Shown here piece by piece: positions 19,862-29,317 of a stretch of 64,000 nt of DNA. The position numbers were made by a program, and so were the translations under genes. Source of the DNA: Bacteriovoracaceae bacterium (GTDB lineage Bacteria; Bdellovibrionota; Bacteriovoracia; Bacteriovoracales; Bacteriovoracaceae); contig JBLWTJ010000001.1 in assembly GCA_048270185.1 (NCBI GenBank), forward strand, positions 96,001-160,000, in the 5' to 3' direction. A model generated the notes under the pieces. The model made no database searches. It worked only from the letters and a program-made list of their open reading frames with translations, and was not told the origin of the DNA. How positions within the stretch are numbered: the first letter of the stretch is position 1; each line of letters opens with the position of its first letter.

Positions 19862-21808
19862 ATGAGGGGTTTCACAATGTTGGCCAGTTTTTCAGAATTT
19901 AAGTTTTTCCAATCTTTTCGTATTCCAGTTGAAGAAGCAGATAATCTTCGCTTCTTAATTCAAAAGGAAGATGATGTTGGTCATTTAAGTTATATCGACG
20001 ATGCAAAGCTTGTAGATATTTCAGTGACGGGATTTGGTTTTAAAACACATGAAAGAATTTCAGTGGGAACTGAACTTGAAGTTTCTCTGCAATTTAAAAA
20101 ACGTCATCTTGATCTTACTGGTCGAGTTGTTCGTGCTTTCTCCAATGTTTTAGAAGACGAAGAGATTATTTACGGTGTCGAACTAGATGTTGAAAAGGGA
20201 ATTAATAAATTCCTTGAAAGCTATATTATGAGCTTTTCTTCAGAAAGATTAAAGGACTGTTTAATTCAGTCTGCATTAAAAGAAAGATATACAGACCCTA
20301 ATGAAGGGTTTGAGATGTTCTCACTTCTTTTATCTCTTTTCAAAGATATTACTCATTTTGGTGATAAGGAAGGTTTCTTAGATACAATGCTTGAAGAAGT
20401 TATTCGTATTCTAAATGCCCAACGTTCATCAATTTTTCTAATTAACCCAGACACAAATGAGCTCGAAGCGATTGCAGCTCTCGGTCTTGATAAAACGGGC
20501 CTAAAATTTGACTATCGTCTAGGTGTTGCTGGATCAGTTTTTACAACTGGTGTTGCTCTCAATATTTGTACAGAAAGTGATGAATCACGTTTTAACGATG
20601 CTTTTGATAACCAATCAGGATTCCAGACTAAATCAATTATCTGTTATCCAATTCATAACCGCGAAGATAAAATCATTGGTGTTATTGAAGTTATCAATAA
20701 GAGAAATGAAGATCGATTTACAATTGAAGATGAAAAGACAATGAAGGTATTGGCCCTTGTCTTCTCATCGGTATTTCATAGCTTCAATCCAATCTCGAAT
20801 AACTCAAAAATTAGAAGATTTTCAGCTCCATATGATCGTCAATATGCCATCATTGGAAATACTCCAGGTGTTAAGTCGATTAGAAATTCAATTTCAAAGC
20901 TTAAAGACCTTGATAGTCCAGTGCTTATTTCAGGTGAAAAAGGTGTTGGTAAGAATCTCTATGCTACAGTTCTTCACTATGAAGGAAAGCGTGGACTCAA
21001 TGAAATTGAAACAGTTAATTGTAAGTTACAAGATACAATCAAATTAGAAGCTCAACTTTTTGGTCCAGATGAAGACGTATGTGTTTTCTCTAAGGTTCAA
21101 GGTGGTACTGTTGTACTAAACCATATCGAGCATCTTCCTTTTGAGTGGCAAGAACGTCTATTTGATATTATTTCAAATAAAGGAACTCCTGGTGGAATTG
21201 TAAGCTTTGATTGCCGAATTATGGCAACTTCGATCAAAGATATTGCAATTATGGCCGATGACGGAAGTTTCTATCGTGATCTCTATGAGTATTTCTCACA
21301 AGCTCAAATTAATATCGAACCTTTAAGACGTCGTGATGATGATATTGAAATGCTTACTGAGTACTTCTTAAAAATCGAGTGTAAGAGACAAGGCCTGCTT
21401 CTTAAGAGCTTCTCTAAGAAGGTAATGGATCAAATCATGCAATACGATTGGCCAGGAAACGTTTACGAGCTAAAAAAATGTGTTGAAAGAGCAGTACTCT
21501 ATCATCCGAAATCACATATTATCTCTGATGTTGAAATCAATGATGGTGTTTCACCACTTGTTGATATTTCAATGAAGCAGAAGCAATTTGGACAAATTGA
21601 GCACGTAACTGATTTCTCTCTATCTCTTAAGGATCGTCTAGCTCTTGTTGAGCGTGAAATGATTTTAAATGAGATCAAACGTAACTTTGGTAATAAATCA
21701 AAGGCCGCAAAAGAAATGGGAATCTCACGCGAGGCCCTTCGTAAAAAACTTCTATACTCACAGGAAGTTCTTGATACTATCGAAAAAGATCAAAAGAAAG
21801 CAGCATAA
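19862..21808 (+). CDS. PilZ-GAF-AAA+-Fis HTH atypical enhancer-binding-type regulator
   Basis: DISVTG (PilZ), GAF with NK..F...DE, Walker A GEKGVGK, WPGNVYEL, C-terminal HTH; no GAFTGA. Confidence 0.85.
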   Translation: MRGFTMLASFSEFKFFQSFRIPVEEADNLRFLIQKEDDVGHLSYIDDAKLVDISVTGFGFKTHERISVGTELEVSLQFKKRHLDLTGRVVRAFSNVLEDEEIIYGVELDVEKGINKFLESYIMSFSSERLKDCLIQSALKERYTDPNEGFEMFSLLLSLFKDITHFGDKEGFLDTMLEEVIRILNAQRSSIFLINPDTNELEAIAALGLDKTGLKFDYRLGVAGSVFTTGVALNICTESDESRFNDAFDNQSGFQTKSIICYPIHNREDKIIGVIEVINKRNEDRFTIEDEKTMKVLALVFSSVFHSFNPISNNSKIRRFSAPYDRQYAIIGNTPGVKSIRNSISKLKDLDSPVLISGEKGVGKNLYATVLHYEGKRGLNEIETVNCKLQDTIKLEAQLFGPDEDVCVFSKVQGGTVVLNHIEHLPFEWQERLFDIISNKGTPGGIVSFDCRIMATSIKDIAIMADDGSFYRDLYEYFSQAQINIEPLRRRDDDIEMLTEYFLKIECKRQGLLLKSFSKKVMDQIMQYDWPGNVYELKKCVERAVLYHPKSHIISDVEINDGVSPLVDISMKQKQFGQIEHVTDFSLSLKDRLALVEREMILNEIKRNFGNKSKAAKEMGISREALRKKLLYSQEVLDTIEKDQKKAA

Positions 21809-21814
21809 GCTAAT

Positions 21815-21845
21815 AAAAAAAGCCTCCAATAAGGAGGCTTTTTTT
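21815..21845. terminator. Bidirectional intrinsic terminator
   Basis: AAAAAAAGCCTCC-AATAA-GGAGGCTTTTTTT. Confidence 0.88.
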
Positions 21846-23433
21846 ATAACTCTATAATTGGTTTCCATTCCAGCCAATTATCATCAGCTTTTTTATGGAG
21901 TTTGAAATATTCTTTTTTGCGCTGGCTAAAATTATCAGGTGTGGCAAACTCAACTCCACCAGAAAGAAGTGTCTCTAGTGATTGTGCATTTATTTTTGCA
22001 CCAGAAAAGAGTCCAAACTCAATATCAAGTCCACTTGCATTCCAAAACTTTGTTTCTTCCTTGATTAGTTTATTATATGGAGAATTCACAAATATTTCAG
22101 CAATAACATTTTTAGCACGTGTATTAAGTCTTACATCCGTAATAATACCAACTTGAATACCACGGTAGTAAACCCCCTGTCCCTTTGCTAGTGAGTTGCG
22201 ACGATCGCTATAAAGAGAGAGTCGAGTACCGTAACGGTTATGAACCTCTTTAAGAGGTGCTTGATTTAAGGCCCTAAATGTATCTGTTGGTCGAGCTTTT
22301 TTAAAGTTGCGACGACTAATATCAACTGCAATATAATTACCTGTAAGAGCATCAAGAGACTCTATCCCACTTAAAGAGATCTTTGGTTTCACTTCCCAGA
22401 ACTGTGCCCCTTTTACAACAAAGCTTTCATACTCAGTTTTGATTGTAGCGTGCACGATAACTTCATTCTTTTCGCGAATAATTTTTGAATCTTTGACGAC
22501 GCCTATTTCAATATTTTTAAACTTAATTGGTGTTCTCTGTGAACTAACAGCACTTCCCAGTGGGAATGTTATATAGATATCTTTACCAGGGATTGTGTGA
22601 GCTTGACTTGGATAGAGAACAAAACTCTTATCATTTTCTTTTGTTAATTGATTTTCATCATTACTTTCATAATTTGTAAAAGCGATACCACCTTTAATAA
22701 TAGTTGTTAGTGATTCTGTTTCGACTTTTAAGCCAGCAAGAGAGGCATCAACTTTAATTCCACTTACATTATAAAAACGTGAAGTTGTGTAAAGTAGACT
22801 TTGATATCGTTCTTCAATGAATGCCGTCATTTCAACGCCACTTCCATTCATGTCGAGATCGTAATTTGTGATCTCTCCAACTTGAACTTTATTAAAGTAG
22901 ATAGGGGAGCCGATTGAGATAGAACCCAGTTTTGGTGCTTTGAGTTTGATGTAGAGGCCATCTTCTCTTTGGCTCCGCGGTGCCGTTTCAATGGCGTCAA
23001 AAACCTTGTGAAGCTTTCCTTTTACTGGATACATATTAATAAACTTACCACTGATAATGGTACTTAAGCCTTTTATTCCAGATAGATTAATTGTTGGGCT
23101 CACAAGCCAGAACTTTGTTTCACGTGATAGAAACTCCTTCATTTGAGTACTCATCTCTACGCGAACTGCAACTGTTGAGAGGTCTTGAGTCAACTCAGTA
23201 TCCTTAACTCGACCAACAATTGTTCCTTTGTATATAACAGTCGTTTTACCAGGAATAATTCCATCTGCATTTTTGAAATTGATTGTAATATATGAGCCAC
23301 GGGCCATAATTGTTTGATAGATTAGCCATAGGCCAATTGAAACTGCCGCAACTGGAAAGAACCAAATAGGGTTCATTCCTCTTTTTTCGACGACTTGAGG
23401 GCCAGTATTCTTACTCATATTTTTCCTTATCAT
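21844..23433 (-). CDS. Multi-MCE (PqiB/LetB-like) intermembrane lipid transport protein, 4 MCE domains
   Basis: N-terminal TM; four repeats of the I.F..GI..G.T.V.Y.G..VG.V-type MCE pattern; LetB-like C-terminus WLEWKP. Confidence 0.88.
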   Translation of the reverse strand: MIRKNMSKNTGPQVVEKRGMNPIWFFPVAAVSIGLWLIYQTIMARGSYITINFKNADGIIPGKTTVIYKGTIVGRVKDTELTQDLSTVAVRVEMSTQMKEFLSRETKFWLVSPTINLSGIKGLSTIISGKFINMYPVKGKLHKVFDAIETAPRSQREDGLYIKLKAPKLGSISIGSPIYFNKVQVGEITNYDLDMNGSGVEMTAFIEERYQSLLYTTSRFYNVSGIKVDASLAGLKVETESLTTIIKGGIAFTNYESNDENQLTKENDKSFVLYPSQAHTIPGKDIYITFPLGSAVSSQRTPIKFKNIEIGVVKDSKIIREKNEVIVHATIKTEYESFVVKGAQFWEVKPKISLSGIESLDALTGNYIAVDISRRNFKKARPTDTFRALNQAPLKEVHNRYGTRLSLYSDRRNSLAKGQGVYYRGIQVGIITDVRLNTRAKNVIAEIFVNSPYNKLIKEETKFWNASGLDIEFGLFSGAKINAQSLETLLSGGVEFATPDNFSQRKKEYFKLHKKADDNWLEWKPIIEL

Positions 23434-24028
23434 CCCAGATCAGCCTAGTATCGACTTCATTCGATGCTAGGATTGTCAGTATAACAACTGCTGTAAAGTA
23501 GAGAACTGCTGGCTCAGCTTTGATTTGTGAAATAAATTCAATTTTTACAAGCATTACCAGAAGTGCGATCACAAAAATATCGAGCATCGACCATTTTCCA
23601 ACAATATGAACGACACGATAGAGTCTAGTTAACATCTTCTTTTTCTTTACATTCAAAGTATTTATATTATCTATGATATACCAAAGTGAAATTATTTTAA
23701 ATATTGGAACAATTATACTGGCCGCGAAAACGATCATTGCAATTGGATACATTTTCAAATTGATGAGGTTTATAACTCCACCCATAATCGTACGTGGGAT
23801 CCCTCGATTAAAAGTTAGAACAGTCATAATAGGAATTAAATTTGCCGGTATATAGAGAGCAATCGCCGCTATCAAATAGGCTTTACAGCGTAAGACACCA
23901 TCATAGTTTCTTAGCTTAATTGGAGAACCACATCGCATACATGTAAGTGTTGAATTGACCTTTTCACAATTTGGACATAAGGCCTTCTGGTGATCAATGC
24001 CTCTCATATAGCTTCTTCCATAATTCAT
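23411..24028 (-). CDS. PqiA-family (paraquat-inducible A) membrane protein
   Basis: CPNC..CMRC zinc ribbon, YIPAN, WSMLDIF. Confidence 0.9.
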   Translation of the reverse strand: MNYGRSYMRGIDHQKALCPNCEKVNSTLTCMRCGSPIKLRNYDGVLRCKAYLIAAIALYIPANLIPIMTVLTFNRGIPRTIMGGVINLINLKMYPIAMIVFAASIIVPIFKIISLWYIIDNINTLNVKKKKMLTRLYRVVHIVGKWSMLDIFVIALLVMLVKIEFISQIKAEPAVLYFTAVVILTILASNEVDTRLIWDDKEKYE

Positions 24029-24632
24029 CGTAGTGAGTAGTTGACTGTAATAGAATACTATTAACCATTAAAAGTATGAGACTGACTGTTCCAATTGTTA
24101 ATTGTACTTCTGATCGATCAACCATCTTGGCGACTGTGACAATAATGGCCATGAAGTAAACATCAATCATGGCCCACTCATAACTAGGGCGTAAAAACTT
24201 AATTAACTTTTTTCCAATATTTTCGTTAATAAAATGATTTTTAAAAATAATTGATGCATAAACACATAGACGAAAGAATGGAATAGCAATGGAGAAGAGA
24301 ACGACAGAGGCCGCAATAGGCCAGTAGGCCTTTGTCATAAAGGTATTAACTGATTCAACAATTGATGCCTGAAGGTTTTGCCCTGCCATATGAATTTTTA
24401 GTACAGGTAAGAACATGGCCGGGTAGAAAAGTAGAAACCCTGAAATTGTTAAGATCTTTACAAAGAAGAGAGTGCTGTCACCATTGTAGAGGATGTGGCC
24501 ACAACGTTTACAAATTGCTCTCTGTTTAGGTTTTACTAAGTTAAATAGGTAGATCTCGTCACATTCGGGACACAGGATTAACTTAGAATTATCCTTGAGA
24601 GTTTCTTCGTCTATAAAGCTTTGATCTGCCAT
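23994..24632 (-). CDS. PqiA-family membrane protein
   Basis: CPECD..CKRC, WAMIDVY. Confidence 0.88.
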   Translation of the reverse strand: MADQSFIDEETLKDNSKLILCPECDEIYLFNLVKPKQRAICKRCGHILYNGDSTLFFVKILTISGFLLFYPAMFLPVLKIHMAGQNLQASIVESVNTFMTKAYWPIAASVVLFSIAIPFFRLCVYASIIFKNHFINENIGKKLIKFLRPSYEWAMIDVYFMAIIVTVAKMVDRSEVQLTIGTVSLILLMVNSILLQSTTHYDELWKKLYERH

Positions 24633-24691
24633 ACTTCTATTAGGCCATAAAAGTATGATTTTTTTTAGAGAGCAAATTATAACACTAAATT

Positions 24692-25576
24692 TTACTTCAT
24701 TATTTTCTTAATATTGTGTTTGTGAGTTTGGATGAGTTTACCATTTTCAAAATGGCGGCAGGTACCATCCTCACGTAGCTCAATATAGCCACTTACATAT
24801 TTTGGCTCAGCGCTATCTGATGAATCTTCATCCATACTAAAAGAGGCCAGACTTCTGGAAGCTGTTAGGGCCAAAGTCGAAGAATTGTAAAGGTTTCTAA
24901 CACTAGCTGCATCGTAGGTGCTAAGTGTTCTCTTCTTCTCGCCACCAGCTAGGGAAGGATACATAATTGATCCAACAGTAGAGGAAGTTGTATGCTGTAA
25001 ACCTATCAGATGCCCAAGTTCGTGGAGGATAACAGAAGGTAGATCATAGTAAGCATAGTTTGTATTTGTCACAGTATTAGTAAAACTATAGTCTTCGTGG
25101 TTTACCATGATATCTCCATGAATCATGCGAATATAGCTTGAGCGCTGCTCTCCAAAGTAAGATGTTATGGCAAGAACTCCAAAGCCAATTGTTGGAATCC
25201 AAGAGTCTAGAACATAGATTCCTATCTCAGCGTCGCGATAATTAGCAAGATCTTGACCTGGTGTGTATGTCGTTTGCTGTCCATGTCCAAGCACAAAGTA
25301 ATTACGATCGGGATCGGCATCATTCCATGCCTTCTGCATTTCTTCAAATAAGTCGTATTCAGTATAATTACCATCGTCTGCGGCAGGGTCGGTAAGAGAT
25401 TCTGAACCTCCTGTCATACTATAGAATTCACCTTGAATTTTGACGGTAAGAGGAAGAGAAGAAGCGTCCCAGCGTCGCATTAGACTAGTCGCCTTAATTT
25501 CATCTTCCTGAGGTACACAGGAAGTCATAACAATGACTAGAGTCAAAATTGATAGACATAATTTGCTAATTTTCAT
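24692..25576 (-). CDS. Matrixin-like (metzincin) metalloprotease, lipoprotein
   Basis: Lipobox MTSC; HELGHLIGLQH followed by SIMYP Met-turn. Confidence 0.88.
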   Translation of the reverse strand: MKISKLCLSILTLVIVMTSCVPQEDEIKATSLMRRWDASSLPLTVKIQGEFYSMTGGSESLTDPAADDGNYTEYDLFEEMQKAWNDADPDRNYFVLGHGQQTTYTPGQDLANYRDAEIGIYVLDSWIPTIGFGVLAITSYFGEQRSSYIRMIHGDIMVNHEDYSFTNTVTNTNYAYYDLPSVILHELGHLIGLQHTTSSTVGSIMYPSLAGGEKKRTLSTYDAASVRNLYNSSTLALTASRSLASFSMDEDSSDSAEPKYVSGYIELREDGTCRHFENGKLIQTHKHNIKKIMK

Positions 25577-25640
25577 CCCAAACCTATTTAATAAGAGAGC
25601 GAAACCCTCGGCTATATGCTCGTAAGCATCATTTTAATAG

Positions 25641-25667
25641 ATATCGGATTTTGAATTTAAATATTTA
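25641..25667 (-). promoter_or_regulatory. Putative sigma28 (FliA) promoter
   Basis: Minus strand TAAA-N15-TCCGATAT, 65 nt upstream of the matrixin start. Confidence 0.6.
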
Positions 25668-25668
25668 G

Positions 25669-25701
25669 AAAAAATAAAGAAACGGGAGCTGTAAGCTCCC
25701 G
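25669..25701 (-). terminator. Intrinsic terminator for the transaldolase gene
   Basis: CGGGAGCT-N3-AGCTCCCG with T-rich tail on the minus strand. Confidence 0.75.
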
Positions 25702-25749
25702 AATTTATATAGATATTTAGCTAATAACTAAATTTATGAGCAAAGACGT

Positions 25750-26394
25750 CTATTTCTTTGATTTCTCATAATCGGCCAGAAATTGTGCCAGGCCATTATC
25801 TGTTAGTGGGTGACCAAAAAGTGACTTAATTACTTTAAATGGCATTGTTGCAACATCTGCACCGGCCATTGAGCAGCTCTTAACGTGATCAGCGTGACGA
25901 ACCGAGGCCGCAAGAACTTCAGTTTCGAATCCGTAGATATCATACATGTGGCGAATTTCTTGGATAAGAGTCATACCGTCGGCACCGATATCATCTAGGC
26001 GTCCGATGAATGGAGAGATATAAGTAGCACCGTTTTTAGCGGCCAATAGAGCTTGGTTTGAGCTAAAGCAAAGAGTCACGTTAGTCTTAATTCCGTTATC
26101 ACTAAACCATTTACATGCTGAAATTCCGGCCTCTGTTAATGGAAGCTTGATGACAACATTGTCATGAATTTTTGCAAGTTCAGCACCTTCTTTAATCATC
26201 CCGTCAACATCTGTCGAGATAACTTCGGCCGAGATTGGGCCATCAACGATATCACAAATATCTTTGATAACTTCTTCTTGTGTGCGTCCAGTTTTAGCAA
26301 TAATTGATGGGTTAGTAGTAACACCGTCAATAAGGCCCCATTTAACTGCTTCTTTGATTTCTTCAATATCACCTGTATCAATAAAAAATTGCAT
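25750..26394 (-). CDS. tal: Transaldolase / fructose-6-phosphate aldolase family
   Basis: [39 protein letters not shown]. Confidence 0.93.
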   Translation of the reverse strand: MQFFIDTGDIEEIKEAVKWGLIDGVTTNPSIIAKTGRTQEEVIKDICDIVDGPISAEVISTDVDGMIKEGAELAKIHDNVVIKLPLTEAGISACKWFSDNGIKTNVTLCFSSNQALLAAKNGATYISPFIGRLDDIGADGMTLIQEIRHMYDIYGFETEVLAASVRHADHVKSCSMAGADVATMPFKVIKSLFGHPLTDNGLAQFLADYEKSKK

Positions 26395-26495
26395 TGCATT
26401 CTCCTAAAATAATTTGGTCAAATTTAGCACGAACCCATCTGATGGACAAGTTTTCTACCTCTTTTAGAAAAGACGATTTGCGCTATAATGAACAT

Positions 26496-27329
26496 ATGCT
26501 TAGATTACTTATTGCCATTTCATTTATGTCGGCCACTCTTTGCTCTTATGCAAATAGTGATGGTTTTATCATCAAAAGAGACGAAATTCGTAATAAGAAT
26601 ATTAAGAAGGATTACGATGCTTATGAGAATTATATTAAAGATCATGGCTTTGATACATTCTATGATCCAAGTATCGATTATTCAAAATTTTCAGGACGTA
26701 TAACTGACAAAGACCCGTCTTCGACAATTTTTAAAATTCAAGTTGAATCACAAAATGTTAAATTTCTAAAACCATCTGATGATGTATATTTTAATATCTC
26801 AAGACAGATGGATCGCGATAAGTGTAAGGGCCATATTCGTTCTAGTGAAGAAAAATATATTACAATCTATGTTAAAAGCGCCCTTGACTGCTGGGGGAAA
26901 AATTCAACATTAAGACGTGGAACTATTCTTGTTTTTGAAAGTGAGAAATTGGCCGTAAGAATTAAAGAAGCCTCTCGTTATAGACTTTCACTTCTTGCTA
27001 AAAAGAGAGATTTCACATTTCAGTTAAATGAAGTAAATAAATTCGTCTGGGGCTTTTCGCAAAAGCAAGTTGAAGTGGCCGCTGATTATGATCGACAAAT
27101 AATTGAGCTTCAAAAGAAAAAAGATGAGGCCCTAAACTTGTTACTTTCTAAGAAGAATGATCAAGTACGAGTTCAGGCCAAGCTCATCTATAGCCTTGAT
27201 AAATTAGATCAAGATCTTAACTTCTATCGTATTGAAAAAGATGAACTCTACACAGACCGTTGGCATCTTGATAAAGACCTGGGCCTTCCGGTTTATGACA
27301 AGCCTGCAAAAATTAAAAATAATTACTAA
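26496..27329 (+). CDS. Hypothetical exported protein with C-terminal coiled coil
   Basis: Signal peptide MLRLLIAISF..SYA from ATG 26496. Confidence 0.65.
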   Translation: MLRLLIAISFMSATLCSYANSDGFIIKRDEIRNKNIKKDYDAYENYIKDHGFDTFYDPSIDYSKFSGRITDKDPSSTIFKIQVESQNVKFLKPSDDVYFNISRQMDRDKCKGHIRSSEEKYITIYVKSALDCWGKNSTLRRGTILVFESEKLAVRIKEASRYRLSLLAKKRDFTFQLNEVNKFVWGFSQKQVEVAADYDRQIIELQKKKDEALNLLLSKKNDQVRVQAKLIYSLDKLDQDLNFYRIEKDELYTDRWHLDKDLGLPVYDKPAKIKNNY

Positions 27330-27330
27330 G

Positions 27331-28305
27331 CTAGATTAACTTCTCTTCATTTAATGCCAATTCGATGAATTGATCATTGTAGAAGTGATTATCCATATGT
27401 TCTTTGTAAAGCTTTAAAGAATAGGCCGGTGAAACACCCATCCACTCTTTAATTAATGCTTCATTTACTCCATTGTGTAGCCAAGTAAAAATACAAGATT
27501 GTCTAAGTGACTTAGGTGTAATTTGAATCATAAGCCTTTCACGCCATTCTTCAAAGAGTAGCTCCATACCGCGGGCAGAAAGACCTCCAGAAAGAATTCT
27601 GTGAGCATTGGCATTAAAGAGTAATTCATCAAAATTCAGGCCTTGCTCTTTTTGAACTTCTTGTAAGAGTTCAACATATTCATAAAAAATACGTCCGTAT
27701 ATTTTGGCAAATGTAACGGTATATGGATCTCTCTTCTCGTGGTTGATGACGGCCTTAATCTCTTCTCTAAAAGAGAAGTTTGAAACTTTAATCTTTGATA
27801 ACTCTGAGACCTTAAGTCCTCCAAGATAGACCGTTACAAAAATAAGTCCATTTCTCTTGGCCTTAAGTTTATCAAGTTTAGTCTTTGCATTTCTTTGATC
27901 ATTTAAAAGAGAGTGCCATAGAGTTTTTATATGTGAGAAAGAGGCTGGACGAGGAATATCTAAGAATTTTGGAGATGTTGGGATCTTTCTAACAGGATTT
28001 GCATTAAAGACTCCTTCCTCCACAAGGTGATCAAAGAAAATACGTAGGGCCTGAACGCGGCGTCTGCGAGAATTATCTGATTGATACTTTGTTTCTAAAA
28101 ATTTTCCATATTCTAATATTTCTGGGATTGAGTAATTTTCAATTCCAGTTTGATTATTCTTTGACGTCACGTATTGGTTAAAACAGGCCAGATCTGTGCG
28201 GTAATTCTTTAATGTATTAATGCTTAGGCCTCGGGCCTCAATCTTCTTAAAGAAGCTCTTTTGCCATTTATCTAATTTATTCTTGTTGAGTTGTGTAATT
28301 TCCAT
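27331..28305 (-). CDS. XerC/D-like tyrosine recombinase homologue with degenerate catalytic motifs
   Basis: SAM-like N-domain (SINTLKNYRTDL, SRRRRVQALRIFF, NP); GLKVSEL, TPKSLRQS, MGV..LY; start likely ATG 28305. Confidence 0.8.
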   Translation of the reverse strand: MEITQLNKNKLDKWQKSFFKKIEARGLSINTLKNYRTDLACFNQYVTSKNNQTGIENYSIPEILEYGKFLETKYQSDNSRRRRVQALRIFFDHLVEEGVFNANPVRKIPTSPKFLDIPRPASFSHIKTLWHSLLNDQRNAKTKLDKLKAKRNGLIFVTVYLGGLKVSELSKIKVSNFSFREEIKAVINHEKRDPYTVTFAKIYGRIFYEYVELLQEVQKEQGLNFDELLFNANAHRILSGGLSARGMELLFEEWRERLMIQITPKSLRQSCIFTWLHNGVNEALIKEWMGVSPAYSLKLYKEHMDNHFYNDQFIELALNEEKLI

Positions 28306-28445
28306 GACTTCCCCAAGTATTTTCAACTACGTATATTACTGAATATTCTAGCTAACGGGTTATTATTACACAAGTTTAAAAGGAGGCTTGATTTTGATGG
28401 GGATAAGCATTATAAAGCCTTTAACAATTTAATATTAGGTGATTT

Positions 28446-29288
28446 ATGCTCGAGACGACCTCTCTCAACCAAGACGCGTTGAGTCCTACATTTGCACATG
28501 CATTTTATAGGCAGACTATTGCTGATTTTCAGCAACTAGGACTGGAGAGCGGAAATATTAAGCATCAAATCACTGAAATCTTCTTTGATCAATCCAATAT
28601 TCAAACATCATTATTAAATCAATATGACCTTGATTTTAAGGATCAATCTCTTCTTATGCGTGCCTTTACTCATAGCTCTTATGTTCATGAGTCAAAAGTT
28701 TCAATTAAGAGTTATGAAAGACTTGAATTCTACGGTGACTCTGTTCTTGGAGCATTTGTAACCAAGAGACTATTTTTAAATTTTGAGAAGATGAATGAAG
28801 GTGAACTTTCTAAGTTTAGAAGTGCCCTTGTTAATGAAGAGAGTTTAAGTAAGCTATGTGACTTCTTAGGTCTTGTTGACTTTCTTGTCGTTGGAAAGGG
28901 AGAGTTGGGACTGCAGGCCAATACAAGTATTCGTTGTGACCTTTTTGAGTCTCTGCTTGGGGCCATTGCTATTGACCAAGGTGTTGACCGCGCGGACTCA
29001 TTCTTAGAAGAAGTTCTAGAGAAGTTTGAAGCTGAAACGAACGAAAAATTCTTTGATGCCAATAAGCTTATTGATTTTGATCCAAAGACGAAACTTCAAG
29101 AAGAGACTCTTGCACGCTTTAAATGCTTGCCTGAATACCGTAGTGAGAAGAGAGGAGAGTCCTTCTTAATTGAACTCTTTGTTAAAGATCAAAAGATTGC
29201 CGAAGTAATCTCAAGTAGTAAAAAAATTGGAACAAAAGAAATCGCAAAAGAATGTTTACAAAATAATTTGCTAGAAAAAATTAAATAA
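28446..29288 (+). CDS. rnc: Ribonuclease III
   Basis: AFTHSS, ERLEFYGDSVLG, DLFESLLGA, DPKTKLQE. Confidence 0.93.
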   Translation: MLETTSLNQDALSPTFAHAFYRQTIADFQQLGLESGNIKHQITEIFFDQSNIQTSLLNQYDLDFKDQSLLMRAFTHSSYVHESKVSIKSYERLEFYGDSVLGAFVTKRLFLNFEKMNEGELSKFRSALVNEESLSKLCDFLGLVDFLVVGKGELGLQANTSIRCDLFESLLGAIAIDQGVDRADSFLEEVLEKFEAETNEKFFDANKLIDFDPKTKLQEETLARFKCLPEYRSEKRGESFLIELFVKDQKIAEVISSSKKIGTKEIAKECLQNNLLEKIK

Positions 29289-29317
29289 TAACGAAACTAA
29301 ATGAAAATGGAGACAGT

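Noticed and set aside
26394..26495. N-terminal extension of ORF 26394 from the track (likewise at 3310, 28326, 35805, 39600)
   Set aside because: Downstream ATGs fit an SD, signal peptide or family start better, and the extensions run through promoter, terminator or divergent-gene regions.
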